Part shown: in pieces, positions 44,196 to 57,000 of the stretch | How positions within the stretch are numbered: position 1 is the first letter of the stretch | How the letters are laid out: every line of letters starts with the position of its first letter | Assembly (NCBI RefSeq): GCF_016432865.1 | Contig: NC_067398.1 | Coordinates: forward strand, 117,428,001-117,492,000 | Reading direction: 5' to 3' | Length of the DNA: 64,000 bases | From: Antechinus flavipes | Lineage: Eukaryota | Notes under the pieces: model-generated | Database searches by the model: none | Told to the model about the DNA's origin: nothing | What the model saw: only the letters and a program-made list of their open reading frames with translations | Position numbers and translations under genes: made by a program

Positions 44196-47100
44196 AACCA
44201 TACATTTTTGCTCTACTTTAGGTCTTGTAGCCCCAAGAATCAGGTTTAAAGTTTTGGTCTGACATGTTTTTATAGTTTAAGTTTTTTCAGTTTTAAGTTC
44301 AGATGGTCATGACCATGTTTACAAGTATTTGATTCATGGCAACTTTGGAGTCAGGATTTAAAATAATATAGTGCTCCCTGCCCAGGAATCAGTACTGGTA
44401 AGTAAGGCCAAAGGAACTTTGAACTTGAAATTTGGTGGAACTGTACTCTATAAAAAATGAGTTAAGCTGTCAGCCTAATCTCTCTCTCTCCTTCTCAGGG
44501 ACTGAAATAGTGTAGGGGACATTATATCCCCTAGTTATTAGGGTGGTGGTTGTATGTTTTTTCGTCATATTTTTTAAATAAAACCAGGCTTGGTCACTTA
44601 TCATTTTACTTTTATCTAGATAAATGGTTTTATATTACTATTGTGATAATGCTTTAAAGATTTACATAATTTCTTATGTGTGGATGTTCTCTAATGAAGT
44701 AGACCACAACTCCTAAGTAGACCATGTTCATAGTTGCTGTGACCAAAAAAAAAAAAAAAAATTACATCTCCTAATGGACCATCCTCTGGTGAAAAGCCTC
44801 TTTGAAATTAGCTAGGTTCAATCGTAGACAATAGACACACAATCTGTCATTCACTGAACTCATTCTTGAAAGCTTTCCAGCTTGGCTGGACTAGCCAAAG
44901 TTTGTACACTACTGGTGTAGCCAACAAGATTCCAAGTGAATTAGTCTCACCAAAAGAATTCCACTTTATGGTCCAATTAAATCAGAGTCAGTCACTGTAG
45001 CAATTTGAATGAGACCAATTTCTGTTTGTCCTAGGAATTTAAAAAATGAACTTAGTTTCTCCTAATCAATGCAACTTAGTAGCCACAGTTGGTCTATGCA
45101 AATGAGTGATTTTCTAGTCTATCCATGGTCACACCTAGGGAGAGCAAAAGGAGAAATCCCATCATCGAGCTAAAGTGTATATACATGAGATTTATTAAAA
45201 GATATTAGGTATAGATGATCAAGATTTCAGGAAGATAAAGATAAAGATAGAGGTAAGAGGGGTTCTTTGGTCCCCCAACTTTATTTCATGAATAAGATGG
45301 CTTTCCAGTTTTCCACTTTTGTACAAGAAATGTTTCATCTCTTGTTTGTTTATCTTTCATCTCTGCGTCTTTGTCTACATTTTGGGATCTTTGAGTATTG
45401 GTGAAGAAGGCAAAGGAAGAAGAAAAGGAGTAGAGAAAGAATCTGATTCACTATGAGTCAGACTTGGGTCCATTCTCCTCATAGAGTTTGAAGGCTGTTC
45501 TTCATGGCTTTGGTTGAACTTCTCAGGAACTTTTCCTGTACAAGTAATCATGAGCTCCTACAAAGAACAAATGAGCCAAATTTTGTTGATAATCTGAGTT
45601 TCTGATTTAATTCTTAATCCATTTGGATTTCTAGATGCTAAAGCATAGGTATAATGAACAGCTTAACATTAGCTCAGGGCCTTTTGTTCAGGATTTCATA
45701 TATTCTGATGTCTTTCCTCTATGAAAGCAAGCATTTACTTTGGCCTAGAATAATCTTTAATATAAAAAGGTCACCATGGTTAGATACAGATTGCAAGTGG
45801 AATTATAATAAGAATAGTTTTTACTACTATGTTTGAAGGGTAAAGAAGCCACTTTGTTATTGGGTAGAAAGTAGGACAAAGGTTTGTGGCTCTACCAGCC
45901 CTTCGTGTTGCTCCCTGAGGTGATTCACAAAGATAATTGGCAGGACTGGAGTAGAAAGGAGTTGAAAAATATGTTCACACTCTAAGTCAAATAATGAGTT
46001 GATTTCATAAAAGGGAAAGCTAGAGTGTGTTGGAGCTAGTTTGAAGCCACTCCTGAGTTTGTTAAATCTCAGGTTTTAGCTTTCACAACTCAAAGTTTTG
46101 TTGATTGTTTAAGACTTAAGAAAATGAAGGAGAAAAATGTTAATAATGCAGATTAAATTTAAAAGTGTGTCTTGAATACATTTTCCTCCTCTATTCCTTG
46201 CCATCTGTTTGTTATATTAAACATTCACGTTCATATCCCTGAGCAAAAGTATTCAAAAGATAGATTTAATCAGAAACTAAGATTTTCTGCTGGTTAGTGG
46301 TGGCTTTGGGGTTTAAATATCAAAATTATAAAATGACCTCTAAGGCCACATGCTAAAAGACCTGCCAGATCATTCCTTATCTCCATCTCTACTCCTCACC
46401 TTAAAGAATAGTAAAAGACAGAATAAACACAATTTATTGGACTAAACATTAGGTGTGGACAGCTGAGAACCAGTAGACAGCAGCGCCAAATAACATAACA
46501 ATCTATAACTTATTAACTATTGTACCAGCAGATGAGTGGAAGTAATTCAGCAGTATATCAAAGGAATCTGGGTTATCCTAGCTACATATAACTAGCATTG
46601 ACATACTGCTGTAAGGTTTACAGAGCACTTTATGTTATCTCATTTGAGGTAGGTTCTATCATTTTCTTCATTTTAAAGACAAAGAAACTGAGGCTGAGAG
46701 AGGTCATATAATTTGTCCAAAGTCACAGAGCTAGAAAGTATCTGAGACAGGCTTTGAATTCAGATGTTCCTGATTCCAAGTTTTCTTTGCCATCTAGCTG
46801 GCATCTGATTGACACCAAGGAAAACACATTACCGGAGGCTTGTGAACTCTGGTTTTAAATGGAGGCTGACAGAAAATATGCCTTGAAACCAGAATAGCTG
46901 TCTAGGGGCATATGGGCATTAGGTAAGTCCATAGACAAAGCTAATAGTTTGGATTTTAAAACATTGCCAATACTTTATTTCACTTGAGCCTCACAAATAG
47001 CTCTGTGAGGTAAATAATGAAAATGTTACTTTACTATTAAGGAAATATGGTGTTTAAAGCACCATTGCTAGTAAGTGGTAGAGCTGGGATTGGAATTTAG

Positions 47101-48121
47101 AGCTTCTGACTTCAGAGCTAATCCTTTTTTCTCCATGCCATTTTCCTCAGGTTGTATTGTTGCATTCTGAATTGAATCTCCCTTTACTCCCAACTGACCT
47201 AGACATAGGTGCCCTGGAAGTATAATTCATTTCTCATTCAGACTCAAGCCCTGATTCATCTATAAGGGAATTACATGAATGAAAGCATCCCTGCTAATTC
47301 TTCAGGTATTCCCAAGACTTTTGATCAGATTTGAGGAAAGTGGTCTTCTAATTCTTTTCACACTGAGGTTGAAATGATAGAATAAAAATAGTTTCTTCAA
47401 ACATATGTATATGTATATACACACATGCACACACACACATATATAGATATACACACACATATATGTATATAAAGCTTTTTGATGGTGCTTGCCTTATTTG
47501 ATCTTTATAGGAACTCTGTGAAGTTAGGTCAGTACAAATATTTCTTATCTATTTTTTGCAAAGGAAAAAATTGAAGTTCACTGGACAGTAAGTCATAAAA
47601 ATGAGTCATAGAATCCTAATTCTCATCACTCCAAGTGCAGTGTTCTATTTACTACATCAGGAGGATCCAAGAGGAGCTTGGTTCTCAGAGGACTGATTAA
47701 TGAAGTTTTTACTGTATGGTTCTGATCACCATCACCATAGCTACAAGCTAGCACTAGAGAAAGTAGGATGTCTATTGGTCCATTCCTGCATCTCTTTTTT
47801 CTATAAAGTGGAATTTTGACCTCATTCATAAAGTAGAAAATGTGGCAGGCAGCCTGACAAATGTTATCCTATGAAGCTCTTGGCTTCTATACCAAAATTT
47901 GACTGATTCAAGCAGGAATAGTTATAGCATTTAAAAATTCTTGGCATTGCATACTGTGAAGTTAGCTTTCAATGACTTGACAATGATGTTTGCTTATTAA
48001 GTTGCAGAATGATGAAAGAATGTTTCTTCCTGCCCATTTTCTTTTTCCCTTCTTTCATTATATTGTTCCTTGTCTTGCTCTCTGCCTGTCTCCCCATCAA
48101 AACACTACTTGTCCCTCAAGA

Positions 48122-48253
48122 NNNNNNNNNNNNNNNNNNNNNNNNNNNNNNNNNNNNNNNNNNNNNNNNNNNNNNNNNNNNNNNNNNNNNNNNNNNNNNN
48201 NNNNNNNNNNNNNNNNNNNNNNNNNNNNNNNNNNNNNNNNNNNNNNNNNNNNN
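48122..48253. other. Assembly gap (132 N)
   Basis: Run of N. Confidence 1.
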
Positions 48254-50669
48254 GCAAAGTTAAGAATAGTTTTGGGGAGAAAATGATATTTCTCTTGTTT
48301 TTATATATATACGTATATATAAAAGAAATCCATATAAAGCAGATACAATAGTTTACATTTGTTTATATTTCATTTAAGGTTTTGCAAAACTACTAGATTG
48401 GGGGAGATAGTGCCTGAACTAAGCTTCAAAGAGAGCTATCTATAGGTTTTGCTATTGCATTTTACTTTGAAGCTCTTCAGAGCTTCTATAACTATAGAAC
48501 TTTTTTTGTCATAGGAATATAGATTTAGAAATGAAAGGGATCTTTGAGGTCATCTAGCTCAATTCTCTTTATTTTACAGATAAGGAAACCGAGGCTCAGA
48601 ATGGATAGACAATTTTCACAACACTATAGAGGTATTTAGTAGCAGACTAAGGATTTGTTCTCAGATCCTCTAACTCCAAATTAAGCATACTGGCTTGAGC
48701 ATCTTGCTATCTTCTTTCTCTCTGGTTACACATGTAAAATTGCTGATATGTTTTTTTTTTTGCACTTATAACATTGGGCCTTCTACTATAATTAAGGTAT
48801 GTGTCTTAAACCTTACATCCTGACTTTCAAGCTTTACAAGGAGAGGGAATATTGTCACTAATTTATAGATTGAGGAAATTGAGCTTCAGAGAAGTTAAAT
48901 GATGTCAAAATTCACACAACAGGAAATTTAGGAGCTTGGATGTAGAACAAAATCCAGTATTCTTTCTATTATATCAAACTATATTTCAAGATTGTGCATT
49001 TTACCCTTAAATGCTTTCTGTTTGTGTAGTACAGTGCTAATCTCTGGGAGAGATGGGAAGATTGGTTAATATTGATGCTTTCATGGAACTTAATAGAAGT
49101 GTTTCCCCATTGTATGTTAGACAGAGTAGTGCATATATAGTTAATGTTCAGTGGGAGTCTGAATAAATTGATACAGAATATAAGAGCATTGGACTGGGAA
49201 TTGGAGAGCTATGTGACCTAGGACAATTCCCTTTCAATGTTCTCTTTGATGAGTAGAATCCTTTTTTCTGAATTGCTTTGAGTGAGAAGAGATTAAAACC
49301 TGATCATTTGTCTAAAACTTTTCTCATTGGTAGAGAGTAGAATTGGTGAGAACTTAGGATAAGTGAGTTCATTTGGCTTCCAACTCTGAGGGAGGACATG
49401 CACTGATCCAAGGTCTCTTCTGAGAGAGGACTCCAGAGGAGAAAAAGACTTTGGGAAGGAGTTGACATATAGAGGGAGCCAGTATCTCCAGTATATTCTG
49501 GATTTCCAGCTTGACAGAATAGAGACTTTGGGAAATTTCCCTTTGGGTAAGAACAACAAAAGGCAAAGTTGAGATATAGATTACTACCAATAATAATTTC
49601 CTTAATGAAGCTGAGCAAGAAAAAAAAAGAATCTTTAATAGAGCAGAGGACTTTGAAGAATTTTTGATGAAAAAATCAGAGCTGAGCAAGAATTCTAAAA
49701 TGCAAATAGGAGTTGAGAGGAAGCTAGAAAAGTAAATGTACTTGTGCAATTAGAAGAGGCTGTATGATGATACAGTGCTAACATCTTAACTGGAAGGGAA
49801 GAAATTAGTTTCATTTCAGAATCTTAGAGTTTCCAAAGGAAATTAAGGGAATTAATAAAAAAACAAAGGACCTGGGAATGAATTGGTTCTGTTCTGATAT
49901 TTTTGAAGAAGAGAAAGTAAAGGAAGGGAGGAACAAAGGAATATACCAGTGTAGGAAAGAAGAAAAGTAAGGTGGAACTTGTTATTTCTCTTAATTGGGG
50001 TGCATTAGAAGTCTACAAACAAGAAGATGAAGAGATAGGGAAATGGGCATCTGGTGAACCTCTGAATCTTTTATCTGAATTGAACAAAAAAGACTTGAAC
50101 ATGTACATACATACCAAGAGTTTGGTGTAAGAATGTTAGACTAAAAAGGGAAACAAGTAGAAATAGGGAAAAGGTGTTAAGAGGAAGTATAGTGCCAAGA
50201 GCAAGTAAAACACATTTCTGGATCCTGGAAGAGGAGGAGGGGAAAAAAAAAGAAAATAATCAGAATTTAAGGGAGTGCCTTAGATAGCCTCAGATTCTTG
50301 AAGAATAAGCAGGTTGTGGCATATGAATGTAATGACATATTATTGCACCAAAAGAAATGATGAAAGAGATGATTAAGAGCATTCTGGGTAAAATAAACTG
50401 ATGCAGAGCAAAATAAACAGAACCAGAACAATTTATGAGGACAATACATGGTAAGGAATAACAACATGGAAAGACTTAAGAACTCAGACCAATACAGTGA
50501 TTCACCATGCGTCCAGAGGATCTATGAAAAAAATGTTACCCATTTCCTGATAAAGTGATGGATACAAGGATCAGAAAGAAACATACATTTTGGGACATGA
50601 TAGCTGGATAGATTCATTTTGCTTGTCTATGATAATTTGTATTCTTTCTTAGTTTTTAATGAATGGGCT

Positions 50670-50990
50670 TTGGTTGTTCTTTATTCTTGAAGAGGACCAA
50701 AATGACATCACTATTTTTGCATTAAGTTACATGTCTGTGACTGATCAGACAAATAGGAATTTAGAAGCTTCTACCACAGGTGAGGAATTAATAATCTATG
50801 AAAACATTAGAGTGAATTCTCTAACTTTGCATATCTTGAGTTTCTTTTGAGCTACTTAATATCTGTTTTGTTCATGAAGCATAGCACCTTCTTTGATGAG
50901 GGCACTCAATGTTGGGCAGTCCAATGCCAGTGTCTCCCATGTCCCACAATTAATCTCAAAGTTCTGAAGAGAGACTTTGAGCATAAGGAA
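50670..50990 (+). mobile_element. RTE-related marsupial SINE fragment (WALLSI-like)
   Basis: GTTGTTCTTTATTCTTGAAGAGGACCAAAATGACATCA start, recalled as typical of RTE-dependent marsupial SINEs. Not verified by search. Confidence 0.4.
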
Positions 50991-51079
50991 GAGGCTTTAG
51001 AGGACAAGATAGATTAACAAAAGTGTTGCCCCCTCTCTAAAAAAGGGCAATTGAAACATTTTAAGTTAACATAATTTTT

Positions 51080-54000
51080 TATAAAAGCTTTTTATTTTTC
51101 TAAATACATACAAAGATAGTTTTCAACATTCACCTTTGCGAAACCTTGTGTTCCAATTTTTTCTCCCTCCTTCTCCCTTTCTACCTTTCCTTAGACAGCA
51201 AGTAATCCACTATAGGTTAAACATGTGCAATTCTTCTAAATATATTTCTATATTCATCGTATTGCACAAGAAAAATCAGATCATAAGGGAGAAAAAACCA
51301 CGAAAGAGAAAAACAAAAACATTTAGTCACCATAGTTCTCTCTCTGAATCCAGATGACTTCCACCACCACCAAAGAAGGTGATTTGATTCACATTCAGTC
51401 TCCATAATTCTCTCTGTATTCGGATTTTTCCACTATTGGAATTACCTTGAATCTCACCTCGATGTTGAAAAGAGCCAAGTCTACTTTGATTATATTAAAT
51501 TAAAAAGGTTTTGCACAAACTAAACCAACAGAAACAAAATTAAAAGGGAAGTACAAAGCTGAGGGGGAAATCTTTTTTTTTAATTGTAGTAAGTTTATTT
51601 ATTTTTAATACGTATTACTTTATGAAAATGTTGGGAGAGAAAAATCAGAACAAAAGGGAAAAAATCATGGGAGAGATTAAGGAAAAAACCCAAAAAAAGA
51701 ACTGAACATAGCATGTATTGATTTACATTCAGTCTTCTTAGCTCTTTTTCTAGATGCAAATGGCATTTTCTGTCCAAAGTTTATTGGAATTGCTTTGGAT
51801 AACTGAACCATTGAGAAGAATGAAGTTTTTCATAGTTGATCATTGCACATTCTTGTTGTTATTGTGCACAGTGTATTCCTGGTTCTACTTGTTTCATTCA
51901 GCATCAGTTCATGTAAATCTTTCCAGGCCTTCCTATAAAGAGCTTGTTCATCATTTTTTATATAACAATAATATTCCATTGTCTTTATATGAACAACTTG
52001 TTCAGCCATTCCCCAACTGAATCCTCTCATTTTCCAATTCTTTGCTACTGCAAAAAAGAGCTACTACAAACAGTTTTATACATGTGGATCCTTTTCCCTC
52101 TTTTAAGATTTCCTTGAGATAAGAACCCAGTAATGGCACTGATGGATCAAAAGACATGTACAGTTTTATGGCCCTTTGGGCATAGTTCCAGATGGCTTTC
52201 CAGAAAAGTTGAATCATTTCACAATTCCACCAACAATGCATATTAGTGTCCCCTACACCAAAATAAGGTCAAAATGGATAGTTGATTTGGGCATAAAGGA
52301 TGAAACTATAAATAAATTAGGAGAACAAGGGATAATTTATCTATCAGATCTTTGGAAAAGGGAGGAATTTATGACCAAAAAAGAACTAGAAAACATTATA
52401 AAATGGACAACTTTGATTACATTAAATTTAAAAAGGTTTTGCACAAACAAAACCAACAGAAACAAGATTAAAAACATTAAAACATTATTTCTGATAAAAA
52501 TCTCATTTCTAGTCATATGGAAAAAATGCTCTAAATCACTATTGATTAGAGAAATGCAAATTAAGAGAACTCCAAGGTACAACTTCACACCTCTCAGATT
52601 AGCTAAAATGACAGGAAAAGATAATGATAAATGTTGGAGGGAATGTTGGAGAACTGGACCACTAATGCATTGTGAAATGATCTAACCTTTCTGGAGAGCC
52701 ATCTGGAACTATGCCCAAAGGGCTATCAAACTGTGCATACCCTTTGATCCATCAGTATCATTACTGGGTCTGTATCCCAAGGAAATCTTAAAGGAGGGGA
52801 AAGGACCCACATCTGTAGCAGCTCTTTTTGTAGTAGTAAAGAACTGGAAAACGAGTAGATTCCCATCAATTTGGGAATGGCTGAACAAATTGTGGTATAT
52901 GAAGACAATGGAATATTATTGTTCTATAAAAAATGATGAACAAACTCATTTTTAAAAGGCCTGGAATGATTTACATGAACCGATGCTGAGTAAAACAAGC
53001 AGAACCAGGAATATGCTGTACACAATAACAGCAAGAATATGCGATGGTCACTATGAAAGGCTTGGTTTTTCTCAGTGGCTCAATGATACAAAGCAATCCC
53101 AATAGACATTGAACAGAAAATGCCATCTACCTCCTGAAAAAGAACTATGGAAGCAGAATATAAATCAACACATACTATGTTCACTTTTTTCTGTTTTTTT
53201 TTAATATCTCACATAGTTTTCCCCTTTTGCTCTGATTCTTCTCCCCCAATATGATTATAAAGTAATGTTGAATAAAAATAAATAAATTTATTAGGAAAAA
53301 AAAAAAGGCAAGTTCACCATAGCTGATCATCACATAATCTTCTTGTTGCTGTGTACAATATTCTCTTGGTTCTACTCATTTCACTTACATCAGTTCATCT
53401 AAGTCTTTCCAGGCTTTTCTAAAATTACTCTGCTCATCATTTCTTATAGAACAATAACATTCTATTAATTTTATATAGCATAGCTTAAATCAATATTCCC
53501 CAACTCATGGACATCCACTCAATTTCCAGTTCCTTGCTACTACAAAAGAGCTGCAACAAACCTTTTTTTTTAAACATGTATATCCTTTTGCCTCTTTTTT
53601 GATCTCTTTGAAATACAGATTGAGTAAAGACCCTGCTGTTTCAAAGAGTATGATGGTTTTATAGCCTTTTGAGCATAGTTCTAAATTGCTCTTCAGAGTA
53701 GTTAGATCAGTTCACAACTCCACCAATATCTTCTCAGTTTTCCCATATCCTCTCCAACATATATCATTATCTTTTCCTGTCATCCTAGACATTCTAAGAG
53801 GTATGAAGTGGTACCTTGGAATTGTCTTAATTTGCATTTCTCTAATCAATAGTGATTTAGAGCATTTTTTATATGACTAGAAATGACTTTAATTTCTTCA
53901 TCTGGAAATTGTTCATATCCTTTGACCCAGTGGTTCTCAAAGTGTAGTCCAAAAAATTGTTGGGGGTCTCTGAAACCCTTTCAGAGAGTCTACAAATTCA

Positions 54001-55530
54001 AATTATTTTTTATTTCTAATATAGTAAATAGCTATAAATATAACCCATGTGAACAAAAACTCTTTGAACAGATCCTCCATAGTTTTTTTTTTTTTTTTAG
54101 CAACATGAAGATACTGAGAACAAAAGTTTGAGAACCACTGCTTTGACCACTTATCAGCAATTGAAACATTATTAAGAAAATAGAGAGCACAGAAGGAAGT
54201 TCAGAAGGAAACACAGAAAAACAGGACAATTTTGAAAGTAACGTGTAGAATTTATTATATATACATATACATATATGTATATATATGTATTTTTAAAAAG
54301 TAGTCAGCATGAAATAGATTCATCATTTCATTCAGAATCATTTTGTGTTCTGCTGTGTGTGTATAGAAAGATTCTTTAGGGTGTTTAAGTTAATAATTTA
54401 AAAAAGTATACTTGCTACTCTCCCCTCTCCCCCAATCCTTTCTTCCTCTCCAATCTCAGTTCAAAGATTGCCTTAGAGGATGCATATTATTTAGAAACAA
54501 TATTAACTATGGCTAAAAGGAGTTAGAGGTGGAGCTCAGGATGAAAAATTAAAGCTGTGGTCTTTTATTGCATTTTTCCAAACTATGGGGCAACAACTCT
54601 TTCAAGAGAGGCAGGAGGAAGTAGTTAAAATCATTGGGCACTTTGAAGTACAACTTTTATAAATGTTTGAAACTGAAAGCCTTTAAAATATCTGGCTATG
54701 AGTGAATAAAGGGTTCTGTGTATTAGACAAAAAGGAAACCTTTTTTCACTATTCTTTTTTTTTAAATTTATTAAAGCTTTTTATTTTTCAAAACATGTGT
54801 GGAAATTCTTCAATATTAGCCCTTGCAAAATCTTGTGTTCCAATTTCCCCCTCTTCCCTCACCCCCTTTCCTAGATGGCATGTAGTCCAATATATGTTAA
54901 TATAGTAGAAATATATATTAAATCCCATATATGCATACATTATTAATATGCAATTATTTATACTATTATCTTGCTGTATAAGAAAAATCAAATCAAACCG
55001 GGGGGAAAAAAAAGAGAAACACAATAAAATGCAAGCAAACAATAACAAAAAAAGTGAAAATGCTATGTTGTGAACCACACTCAGTCCCCACAGTCTTCTC
55101 TCTGGAGGTAGTTAGCTCTTTTCATCATAAGATCATTGTAACTGGCCTCAATCATCTCATTATTGGAAAGATCCATGTCCATCAGAATTGATCATCATTT
55201 AATCTTGTTGCTGTGTATAATGATCTCCTGGTTCTGCTCATTTCACTTTGCATAAGCTCATGTAAGTCTCTCTATCTCTCTGAAATATCCTGTTGGTCAT
55301 TTCTTACAGAATAATTATGTTTCCTAATATTCACATACTGTAACTTGTTTAGCCATTCCCCAACTGATGGGCATTCCCTCAGTTTCCAGTTTCTGGCCAC
55401 TACAAAAAGGGCTGCCACAAAGATTTTTGCACAGGTGGGTGCCTTTCCCTCTTTTAAGATCTCTTTGGGATATAAGCCCAGTAGAAACACTGTTGTGTCA
55501 AAGGATATGCACAGTTTGGGAAGTTTGGGG
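51080..55530. mobile_element. Cluster of L1 ORF2 3'-end / 3'UTR fragments in both orientations
   Basis: Minus fragments at about 51080-51330, 51570-52250, 53310-53930 and 54745-55530; plus fragment at about 52250-53306 ending in poly(A). Remnant ORF2 peptides PYTKIRSKWIVDL, REMQIKRTPRYNFTPLRLAKM, FVAALFVVARNWK. Confidence 0.85.
53928..54140. mobile_element. hAT-Charlie-type MITE (MER5-like termini), 213 bp
   Basis: Perfect 14-bp TIR CAGTGGTTCTCAAA / TTTGAGAACCACTG and perfect 8-bp TSD CTTTGACC (53920-53927, 54141-54148), inserted into an L1 fragment. Confidence 0.92.
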
Positions 55531-56099
55531 GCATAGGAAACTTTTTTTTTCCCCTTCAAAATTTACTGGTTCTTAACATCTTATTTCTACGAGAGGTTTT
55601 TCTGATATGGCTATTGTAACAACAAAGTTGCCATCTTGCTTAATAGCAGCCATTAACTCAATGACATATAGTTTTGGAAAACTGCACCTAAAATAAGCCT
55701 ATCTTCATATGAATAAATTATTATGCTTATTTAAAAAATCATAAATGTGAAATTTGGAAAGTTTAATCAATAAACAAGTATCTCAACCTGTGACCTTATA
55801 TTTTGTTTTTATATTAATTTATTATAAAACATGTTATTTATTTTTTTCTTTATTTTTCTGGTCATATATGTATGTTAAAAATTAAAAAAAAACATTTCTT
55901 TATGAATCATGTTGGGAGAGAAAAATCAGAACAAAAGGGGAAAATCACTAGAAAAAAAAAACAAGAAAAAGAAAAAAATGAACAATATTTTTTATTTGAA
56001 TAAAATACAAGCTAAGAAATTTATTTGAATAGTTTTTTTATTTAATGAAAAATGTGCCTTGGGGCACAACGAGTTATTTGCTTCGTTTTGGTTTTTAGC

Positions 56100-57000
56100 A
56101 GGGCATAGTTGCATTGAGAAAGCAAAGATGAAGAGTACCAGACCCTCCCCCACGGTCCCCGCGTGCCCCGACGCAACCTCCACCACTCAGGGCTCTAGGA
56201 ATGCCAAGGGACTCAGGGGGCGCTCGAGAATCAAACCGCTCCGGCCGCCAGTGCGCATGTCTCCCTCTCTTCTTCCTCCTCTCCTCCTAGGGAAGTCGCA
56301 GTGCGTTTGCGTGGATTGGGTCAGCACCTAACTTCCGGGCAGCGTTGTCGAGATGGGGCAGCGAAGGGGTCCGGGAGCCGAATAGAGCCGAGTTGGGGCG
56401 GGGGGATAGCGGGGTGGGCGGGAGGGAGGGGTGGGGGCGGGGTAGGGGCGGGGGGGAGGCGGGGTGGGGGATTTGAAGGGCTCGCGGAGAGGGGCGGGGT
56501 CTGAGGACCAGGGTCAGAGGTTGCTGCTAGGACTGGAGTCTTGGTAGGGGGGGTGGCTCGGGGCCTGAGCGGGCTGGTTTTGCTGCTGCCTCCGCGGCCG
56601 CCGCCGCTCTCTCCAGCGGGAGTGGCCAGCATGTCAGCCGAGGCCACGGGCGCGGGGTCCCCGGCCGCCCCCTCTCCTGGGGGTCCCGAACCCCCGGGCC
56701 CGGCGCTGCCGTCCACGCCTCCCACTCCTGGTGCCGCGGGCGGGGGCGCCGCCTATGACCTCAAGCCGCTGAGTCCGAGTAGCAAGTACGTGAAGCTGAA
56801 CGTGGGGGGCTCGCTCCACTACACTACGCTGCAGACCCTGACCAAGCAGGACACCATGCTCAAAGCTATGTTCAGTGGCCGCATGGAAGTGCTCACAGAC
56901 TCCGAAGGTAGCCGGGCTTGGGGCCGGGGCAGGGCAGGACACCTGCGAGTCTGAAAGCTCCTCGGGGCACTCGGGGACGGAGCCTAGTCATCTTTTGTAG
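56100..57000 (+). promoter_or_regulatory. KCTD13: KCTD13 CpG-island promoter
   Basis: CpG-rich. NRF1-like TGCGCATG near 56252, ETS ACTTCCGG near 56331, dense GC boxes at 56394-56470. Confidence 0.8.

Noticed and set aside
44700-45160. Segment resembling an ancient DNA-transposon relic (short inverted TAGACCA/TGGTCTA, TGTGACCA/TGGTCACA)
   Set aside because: The inverted matches are too short and there is no TSD. It cannot be classified without a repeat-library search.
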